The position numbers and the translations under genes were made by a program. Positions 54,193-64,000 of a DNA stretch of 64,000 bases are shown in pieces. The notes beneath the pieces were generated by a model that did not search any database, was not told where the DNA came from, and saw only the letters and a list, made by a program, of their open reading frames with translations. The stretch is from Eledone cirrhosa. Taxonomy: Eukaryota. Location: assembly GCA_964016885.1 (NCBI GenBank), contig OZ024741.1, positions 186,620,001 to 186,684,000 of the forward strand. Direction: 5' to 3'. Position 1 is the stretch's first letter; each line of letters starts with the position of its first letter.

Positions 54193-57100
54193 TATTTTCG
54201 AATATTCTATGTCTATATTCACATATATATCGCTATTTCAGAGCATTTATTCCAATTTCTAATTTCTGCCGGACCGGCAACCGCTCTTTCAAACCAGTTC
54301 CTGTACACAGCTAAGTATTCTATAAGTCTCTAGCTGTGTCATTCTCGATAAAAGCACTGGATATGTAGTCCTGATGATTTCTTACGAGAATGAAACGCGT
54401 AGATTACTTCCCTTGCTTTTATCGAGAATCTAATTGTAATACTTGACGTATTCTATTCTATAGCGATTAGGTCTTCAAAATGTTTATTATAAACATACAG
54501 AATATTTTCGAATATTCTATGTCTATATTCACATATATATCGCTATTTCAGAGCATTTATTCCAATTTCTAATTTCTGCCGGACCGGCAACCGCTCTTTC
54601 AAACCAGTTCCTGTACACAGCTAAGTATTCTATAAGTCTCTAGCTGTGTCATTCTCGATAAAAGCACTGGATATGTAGTCCTGATGATTTCTTACGAGAA
54701 TGAAACGCGTAGATTACTTCCCTTGCTTTTATCGAGAATCTAATTGTAATACTTGACGTATTCTATTCTATAGCGATTAGGTCTTCAAAATGTTTATTAT
54801 AAACATACAGAATATTTTCGAATATTCTATGTCTATATTCACATATATATCGCTATTTCAGAGCATTTATTCCAATTTCTAATTTCTGCCGGACCGGCAA
54901 CCGCTCTTTCAAACCAGTTCCTGTACACAGCTAAGTATTCTATAAGTCTCTAGCTGTGTCATTCTCGATAAAAGCACTGGATATGTAGTCCTGATGATTT
55001 CTTACGAGAATGAAACGCGTAGATTACTTCCCTTGCTTTTATCGAGAATCTAATTGTAATACTTGACGTATTCTATTCTATAGCGATTAGGTCTTCAAAA
55101 TGTTTATTATAAACATACAGAATATTTTCGAATATTCTATGTCTATATTCACATATATATCGCTATTTCAGAGCATTTATTCCAATTTCTAATTTCTGCC
55201 GGACCGGCAACCGCTCTTTCAAACCAGTTCCTGTACACAGCTAAGTATTCTATAAGTCTCTAGCTGTGTCATTCTCGATAAAAGCACTGGATATGTAGTC
55301 CTGATGATTTCTTACGAGAATGAAACGCGTAGATTACTTCCCTTGCTTTTATCGAGAATCTAATTGTAATACTTGACGTATTCTATTCTATAGCGATTAG
55401 GTCTTCAAAATGTTTATTATAAACATACAGAATATTTTCGAATATTCTATGTCTATATTCACATATATATCGCTATTTCAGAGCATTTATTCCAATTTCT
55501 AATTTCTGCCGGACCGGCAACCGCTCTTTCAAACCAGTTCCTGTACACAGCTAAGTATTCTATAAGTCTCTAGCTGTGTCATTCTCGATAAAAGCACTGG
55601 ATATGTAGTCCTGATGATTTCCTACGAGAATGAAACGCGTAGATTACTTCCCTTGCTTTTATCGAGAATCTAATTGTAATACTTGACGTATTCTATTCTA
55701 TAGCGATTAGGTCTTCAAAATGTTTATTATAAACATACAGAATATTTTCGAATATTCTATGTCTATATTCACATATATATCGCTATTTCAGAGCATTTAT
55801 TCCAATTTCTAATTTCTGCCGGACCGGCAACCGCTCTTTCAAACCAGTTCCTGTACACAGCTAAGTATTCTATAAGTCTCTAGCTGTGTCATTCTCGATA
55901 AAAGCACTGGATATGTAGTCCTGATGATTTCTTACGAGAATGAAACGCGTAGATTACTTCCCTTGCTTTTATCGAGAATCTAATTGTAATACTTGACGTA
56001 TTCTATTCTATAGCGATTAGGTCTTCAAAATGTTTATTATAAACATACAGAATATTTTCGAATATTCTATGTCTATATTCACATATATATCGCTATTTCA
56101 GAGCATTTATTCCAATTTCTAATTTCTGCCGGACCGGCAACCGCTCTTTCAAACCAGTTCCTGTACACAGCTAAGTATTCTATAAGTCTCTAGCTGTGTC
56201 ATTCTCGATAAAAGCACTGGCTATGTAGTCCTGATGATTTCTTACGAGAATGAAACGCGTAGATTACTTCCCTTGCTTTTATCGAGAATCTAATTGTAAT
56301 ACTTGACGTATTCTATTCTATAGCGATTAGGTCTTCAAAATGTTTATTATAAACATACAGAATATTTTCGAATATTCTATGTCTATATTCACATATATAT
56401 CGCTATTTCAGAGCATTTATTCCAATTTCTAATTTCTGCCGGACCGGCAACCGCTCTTTCAAACCAGTTCCTGTACACAGCTAAGTATTCTATAAGTCTC
56501 TAGCTGTGTCATTCTCGATAAAAGCACTGGATATGTAGTCCTGATGATTTCTTACGAGAATGAAACGCGTAGATTACTTCCCTTGCTTTTATCGAGAATC
56601 TAATTGTAATACTTGACGTATTCTATTCTATAGCGATTAGGTCTTCAAAATGTTTATTATAAACATACAGAATATTTTCGAATATTCTATGTCTATATTC
56701 ACATATATATCGCTATTTCAGAGCATTTATTCCAATTTCTAATTTCTGCCGGACCGGCAACCGCTCTTTCAAACCAGTTCCTGTACACAGCTAAGTATTC
56801 TATAAGTCTCTAGCTGTGTCATTCTCGATAAAAGCACTGGATATGTAGTCCTGATGATTTCTTACGAGAATGAAACGCGTAGATTACTTCCCTTGCTTTT
56901 ATCGAGAATCTAATTGTAATACTTGACGTATTCTATTCTATAGCGATTAGGTCTTCAAAATGTTTATTATAAACATACAGAATATTTTCGAATATTCTAT
57001 GTCTATATTCACATATATATCGCTATTTCAGAGCATTTATTCCAATTTCTAATTTCTGCCGGACCGGCAACCGCTCTTTCAAACCAGTTCCTGTACACAG

Positions 57101-60100
57101 CTAAGTATTCTATAAGTCTCTAGCTGTGTCATTCTCGATAAAAGCACTGGATATGTAGTCCTGATGATTTCTTACGAGAATGAAACGCGTAGATTACTTC
57201 CCTTGCTTTTATCGAGAATCTAATTGTAATACTTGACGTATTCTATTCTATAGCGATTAGGTCTTCAAAATGTTTATTATAAACATACAGAATATTTTCG
57301 AATATTCTATGTCTATATTCACATATATATCGCTATTTCAGAGCATTTATTCCAATTTCTAATTTCTGCCGGACCGGCAACCGCTCTTTCAAACCAGTTC
57401 CTGTACACAGCTAAGTATTCTATAAGTCTCTAGCTGTGTCATTCTCGATAAAAGCACTGGATATGTAGTCCTGATGATTTCTTACGAGAATGAAACGCGT
57501 AGATTACTTCCCTTGCTTTTATCGAGAATCTAATTGTAATACTTGACGTATTCTATTCTATAGCGATTAGGTCTTCAAAATGTTTATTATAAACATACAG
57601 AATATTTTCGAATATTCTATGTCTATATTCACATATATATCGCTATTTCAGAGCATTTATTCCAATTTCTAATTTCTGCCGGACCGGCAACCGCTCTTTC
57701 AAACCAGTTCCTGTACACAGCTAAGTATTCTATAAGTCTCTAGCTGTGTCATTCTCGATAAAAGCACTGGATATGTAGTCCTGATGATTTCTTACGAGAA
57801 TGAAACGCGTAGATTACTTCCCTTGCTTTTATCGAGAATCTAATTGTAATACTTGACGTATTCTATTCTATAGCGATTAGGTCTTCAAAATGTTTATTAT
57901 AAACATACAGAATATTTTCGAATATTCTATGTCTATATTCACATATATATCGCTATTTCAGAGCATTTATTCCAATTTCTAATTTCTGCCGGACCGGCAA
58001 CCGCTCTTTCAAACCAGTTCCTGTACACAGCTAAGTATTCTATAAGTCTCTAGCTGTGTCATTCTCGATAAAAGCACTGGATATGTAGTCCTGATGATTT
58101 CTTACGAGAATGAAACGCGTAGATTACTTCCCTTGCTTTTATCGAGAATCTAATTGTAATACTTGACGTATTCTATTCTATAGCGATTAGGTCTTCAAAA
58201 TGTTTATTATAAACATACAGAATATTTTCGAATATTCTATGTCTATATTCACATATATATCGCTATTTCAGAGCATTTATTCCAATTTCTAATTTCTGCC
58301 GGACCGGCAACCGCTCTTTCAAACCAGTTCCTGTACACAGCTAAGTATTCTATAAGTCTCTAGCTGTGTCATTCTCGATAAAAGCACTGGATATGTAGTC
58401 CTGATGATTTCTTACGAGAATGAAACGCGTAGATTACTTCCCTTGCTTTTATCGAGAATCTAATTGTAATACTTGACGTATTCTATTCTATAGCGATTAG
58501 GTCTTCAAAATGTTTATTATAAACATACAGAATATTTTCGAATATTCTATGTCTATATTCACATATATATCGCTATTTCAGAGCATTTATTCCAATTTCT
58601 AATTTCTGCCGGACCGGCAACCGCTCTTTCAAACCAGTTCCTGTACACAGCTAAGTATTCTATAAGTCTCTAGCTGTGTCATTCTCGATAAAAGCACTGG
58701 ATATGTAGTCCTGATGATTTCTTACGAGAATGAAACGCGTAGATTACTTCCCTTGCTTTTATCGAGAATCTAATTGTAATACTTGACGTATTCTATTCTA
58801 TAGCGATTAGGTCTTCAAAATGTTTATTATAAACATACAGAATATTTTCGAATATTCTATGTCTATATTCACATATATATCGCTATTTCAGAGCATTTAT
58901 TCCAATTTCTAATTTCTGCCGGACCGGCAACCGCTCTTTCAAACCAGTTCCTGTACACAGCTAAGTATTCTATAAGTCTCTAGCTGTGTCATTCTCGATA
59001 AAAGCACTGGATATGTAGTCCTGATGATTTCTTACGAGAATGAAACGCGTAGATTACTTCCCTTGCTTTTATCGAGAATCTAATTGTAATACTTGACGTA
59101 TTCTATTCTATAGCGATTAGGTCTTCAAAATGTTTATTATAAACATACAGAATATTTTCGAATATTCTATGTCTATATTCACATATATATCGCTATTTCA
59201 GAGCATTTATTCCAATTTCTAATTTCTGCCGGACCGGCAACCGCTCTTTCAAACCAGTTCCTGTACACAGCTAAGTATTCTATAAGTCTCTAGCTGTGTC
59301 ATTCTCGATAAAAGCACTGGATATGTAGTCCTGATGATTTCTTACGAGAATGAAACGCGTAGATTACTTCCCTTGCTTTTATCGAGAATCTAATTGTAAT
59401 ACTTGACGTATTCTATTCTATAGCGATTAGGTCTTCAAAATGTTTATTATAAACATACAGAATATTTTCGAATATTCTATGTCTATATTCACATATATAT
59501 CGCTATTTCAGAGCATTTATTCCAATTTCTAATTTCTGCCGGACCGGCAACCGCTCTTTCAAACCAGTTCCTGTACACAGCTAAGTATTCTATAAGTCTC
59601 TAGCTGTGTCATTCTCGATAAAAGCACTGGATATGTAGTCCTGATGATTTCTTACGAGAATGAAACGCGTAGATTACTTCCCTTGCTTTTATCGAGAATC
59701 TAATTGTAATACTTGACGTATTCTATTCTATAGCGATTAGGTCTTCAAAATGTTTATTATAAACATACAGAATATTTTCGAATATTCTATGTCTATATTC
59801 ACATATATATCGCTATTTCAGAGCATTTATTCCAATTTCTAATTTCTGCCGGACCGGCAACCGCTCTTTCAAACCAGTTCCTGTACACAGCTAAGTATTC
59901 TATAAGTCTCTAGCTGTGTCATTCTCGATAAAAGCACTGGATATGTAGTCCTGATGATTTCTTACGAGAATGAAACGCGTAGATTACTTCCCTTGCTTTT
60001 ATCGAGAATCTAATTGTAATACTTGACGTATTCTATTCTATAGCGATTAGGTCTTCAAAATGTTTATTATAAACATACAGAATATTTTCGAATATTCTAT

Positions 60101-63100
60101 GTCTATATTCACATATATATCGCTATTTCAGAGCATTTATTCCAATTTCTAATTTCTGCCGGACCGGCAACCGCTCTTTCAAACCAGTTCCTGTACACAG
60201 CTAAGTATTCTATAAGTCTCTAGCTGTGTCATTCTCGATAAAAGCACTGGATATGTAGTCCTGATGATTTCTTACGAGAATGAAACGCGTAGATTACTTC
60301 CCTTGCTTTTATCGAGAATCTAATTGTAATACTTGACGTATTCTATTCTATAGCGATTAGGTCTTCAAAATGTTTATTATAAACATACAGAATATTTTCG
60401 AATATTCTATGTCTATATTCACATATATATCGCTATTTCAGAGCATTTATTCCAATTTCTAATTTCTGCCGGACCGGCAACCGCTCTTTCAAACCAGTTC
60501 CTGTACACAGCTAAGTATTCTATAAGTCTCTAGCTGTGTCATTCTCGATAAAAGCACTGGATATGTAGTCCTGATGATTTCTTACGAGAATGAAACGCGT
60601 AGATTACTTCCCTTGCTTTTATCGAGAATCTAATTGTAATACTTGACGTATTCTATTCTATAGCGATTAGGTCTTCAAAATGTTTATTATAAACATACAG
60701 AATATTTTCGAATATTCTATGTCTATATTCACATATATATCGCTATTTCAGAGCATTTATTCCAATTTCTAATTTCTGCCGGACCGGCAACCGCTCTTTC
60801 AAACCAGTTCCTGTACACAGCTAAGTATTCTATAAGTCTCTAGCTGTGTCATTCTCGATAAAAGCACTGGATATGTAGTCCTGATGATTTCCTACGAGAA
60901 TGAAACGCGTAGATTACTTCCCTTGCTTTTATCGAGAATCTAATTGTAATACTTGACGTATTCTATTCTATAGCGATTAGGTCTTCAAAATGTTTATTAT
61001 AAACATACAGAATATTTTCGAATATTCTATGTCTATATTCACATATATATCGCTATTTCAGAGCATTTATTCCAATTTCTAATTTCTGCCGGACCGGCAA
61101 CCGCTCTTTCAAACCAGTTCCTGTACACAGCTAAGTATTCTATAAGTCTCTAGCTGTGTCATTCTCGATAAAAGCACTGGATATGTAGTCCTGATGATTT
61201 CTTACGAGAATGAAACGCGTAGATTACTTCCCTTGCTTTTATCGAGAATCTAATTGTAATACTTGACGTATTCTATTCTATAGCGATTAGGTCTTCAAAA
61301 TGTTTATTATAAACATACAGAATATTTTCGAATATTCTATGTCTATATTCACATATATATCGCTATTTCAGAGCATTTATTCCAATTTCTAATTTCTGCC
61401 GGACCGGCAACCGCTCTTTCAAACCAGTTCCTGTACACAGCTAAGTATTCTATAAGTCTCTAGCTGTGTCATTCTCGATAAAAGCACTGGCTATGTAGTC
61501 CTGATGATTTCTTACGAGAATGAAACGCGTAGATTACTTCCCTTGCTTTTATCGAGAATCTAATTGTAATACTTGACGTATTCTATTCTATAGCGATTAG
61601 GTCTTCAAAATGTTTATTATAAACATACAGAATATTTTCGAATATTCTATGTCTATATTCACATATATATCGCTATTTCAGAGCATTTATTCCAATTTCT
61701 AATTTCTGCCGGACCGGCAACCGCTCTTTCAAACCAGTTCCTGTACACAGCTAAGTATTCTATAAGTCTCTAGCTGTGTCATTCTCGATAAAAGCACTGG
61801 ATATGTAGTCCTGATGATTTCTTACGAGAATGAAACGCGTAGATTACTTCCCTTGCTTTTATCGAGAATCTAATTGTAATACTTGACGTATTCTATTCTA
61901 TAGCGATTAGGTCTTCAAAATGTTTATTATAAACATACAGAATATTTTCGAATATTCTATGTCTATATTCACATATATATCGCTATTTCAGAGCATTTAT
62001 TCCAATTTCTAATTTCTGCCGGACCGGCAACCGCTCTTTCAAACCAGTTCCTGTACACAGCTAAGTATTCTATAAGTCTCTAGCTGTGTCATTCTCGATA
62101 AAAGCACTGGATATGTAGTCCTGATGATTTCTTACGAGAATGAAACGCGTAGATTACTTCCCTTGCTTTTATCGAGAATCTAATTGTAATACTTGACGTA
62201 TTCTATTCTATAGCGATTAGGTCTTCAAAATGTTTATTATAAACATACAGAATATTTTCGAATATTCTATGTCTATATTCACATATATATCGCTATTTCA
62301 GAGCATTTATTCCAATTTCTAATTTCTGCCGGACCGGCAACCGCTCTTTCAAACCAGTTCCTGTACACAGCTAAGTATTCTATAAGTCTCTAGCTGTGTC
62401 ATTCTCGATAAAAGCACTGGATATGTAGTCCTGATGATTTCTTACGAGAATGAAACGCGTAGATTACTTCCCTTGCTTTTATCGAGAATCTAATTGTAAT
62501 ACTTGACGTATTCTATTCTATAGCGATTAGGTCTTCAAAATGTTTATTATAAACATACAGAATATTTTCGAATATTCTATGTCTATATTCACATATATAT
62601 CGCTATTTCAGAGCATTTATTCCAATTTCTAATTTCTGCCGGACCGGCAACCGCTCTTTCAAACCAGTTCCTGTACACAGCTAAGTATTCTATAAGTCTC
62701 TAGCTGTGTCATTCTCGATAAAAGCACTGGATATGTAGTCCTGATGATTTCTTACGAGAATGAAACGCGTAGATTACTTCCCTTGCTTTTATCGAGAATC
62801 TAATTGTAATACTTGACGTATTCTATTCTATAGCGATTAGGTCTTCAAAATGTTTATTATAAACATACAGAATATTTTCGAATATTCTATGTCTATATTC
62901 ACATATATATCGCTATTTCAGAGCATTTATTCCAATTTCTAATTTCTGCCGGACCGGCAACCGCTCTTTCAAACCAGTTCCTGTACACAGCTAAGTATTC
63001 TATAAGTCTCTAGCTGTGTCATTCTCGATAAAAGCACTGGATATGTAGTCCTGATGATTTCTTACGAGAATGAAACGCGTAGATTACTTCCCTTGCTTTT

Positions 63101-64000
63101 ATCGAGAATCTAATTGTAATACTTGACGTATTCTATTCTATAGCGATTAGGTCTTCAAAATGTTTATTATAAACATACAGAATATTTTCGAATATTCTAT
63201 GTCTATATTCACATATATATCGCTATTTCAGAGCATTTATTCCAATTTCTAATTTCTGCCGGACCGGCAACCGCTCTTTCAAACCAGTTCCTGTACACAG
63301 CTAAGTATTCTATAAGTCTCTAGCTGTGTCATTCTCGATAAAAGCACTGGATATGTAGTCCTGATGATTTCTTACGAGAATGAAACGCGTAGATTACTTC
63401 CCTTGCTTTTATCGAGAATCTAATTGTAATACTTGACGTATTCTATTCTATAGCGATTAGGTCTTCAAAATGTTTATTATAAACATACAGAATATTTTCG
63501 AATATTCTATGTCTATATTCACATATATATCGCTATTTCAGAGCATTTATTCCAATTTCTAATTTCTGCCGGACCGGCAACCGCTCTTTCAAACCAGTTC
63601 CTGTACACAGCTAAGTATTCTATAAGTCTCTAGCTGTGTCATTCTCGATAAAAGCACTGGATATGTAGTCCTGATGATTTCTTACGAGAATGAAACGCGT
63701 AGATTACTTCCCTTGCTTTTATCGAGAATCTAATTGTAATACTTGACGTATTCTATTCTATAGCGATTAGGTCTTCAAAATGTTTATTATAAACATACAG
63801 AATATTTTCGAATATTCTATGTCTATATTCACATATATATCGCTATTTCAGAGCATTTATTCCAATTTCTAATTTCTGCCGGACCGGCAACCGCTCTTTC
63901 AAACCAGTTCCTGTACACAGCTAAGTATTCTATAAGTCTCTAGCTGTGTCATTCTCGATAAAAGCACTGGATATGTAGTCCTGATGATTTCTTACGAGAA
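54192..64000 (+). repeat. 310-bp satellite, right block (~31.6 monomers, hammerhead on + strand), running off the window
   Basis: CTGATGA at 54371 + 310n (n=0-31). The monomers are almost identical. Confidence 0.98.
54341..54429 (+). ncRNA. type I hammerhead ribozyme (first + strand copy; repeats every 310 bp)
   Basis: Stem I GTAGTC(54365-70)/GATTAC(54402-07); core CTGATGA (54371-77); stem II TTCT-TACG-AGAA with a U-U at its base; GAAA (54392-95); stem III AC-GC-GT (palindrome ACGCGT); predicted cleavage after GUA (54401). Stem I is extended past an internal loop by a perfect 16-bp helix ATTCTCGATAAAAGCA/TGCTTTTATCGAGAAT. Confidence 0.88.

Noticed and set aside
52688-64000. CRISPR-like array or protein-coding tandem repeat
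   Set aside because: The whole 310-bp monomers are identical, with no variable spacers. There are no cas genes, the context is eukaryotic, and the ORF track shows no ORF inside the array.
52688-64000. Tandem 5S rRNA, tRNA, snRNA or spliced-leader gene array
   Set aside because: I recognise no 5S, tRNA cloverleaf or snRNA sequence in the monomer, and the hammerhead core explains the main structure. An Rfam scan would be needed to exclude these formally.

Overview
Repeat-dominated eukaryotic DNA with no recognisable host gene. The AT-rich microsatellites and the tRNA-derived SINE family suggest a cephalopod (octopus-like) genome, which is an inference. The first ~52.7 kb is a pile-up of mobile elements: tRNA-derived SINEs, RTE and R4/Dong-like LINE fragments, and two families of L1/Tx1-clade LINEs. 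One Tx1 copy (44109-50132) is fully intact. There is also a Buster-type hAT transposon nested in a Tx1 with a clean 8-bp TSD, a Penelope-like (probably Naiad) retroelement, and several degenerate hammerhead-ribozyme motifs. The last ~11.3 kb (52688 to the window end) is a near-perfectly homogeneous 310-bp tandem satellite. Every monomer carries a type I hammerhead ribozyme: CUGAUGA / stem II / GAAAC-GC-GUA, with a palindromic stem III and a stem I extended by a perfect 16-bp helix. There are 36 complete copies, 5 on the - strand and 31 on the + strand, separated by an inversion junction near 54192, with a 17-monomer higher-order duplication. This is a candidate ribozyme satellite or retrozyme array that could yield self-cleaved and circular ~310-nt RNAs. 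Most short ORFs in the supplied track are microsatellite artefacts.
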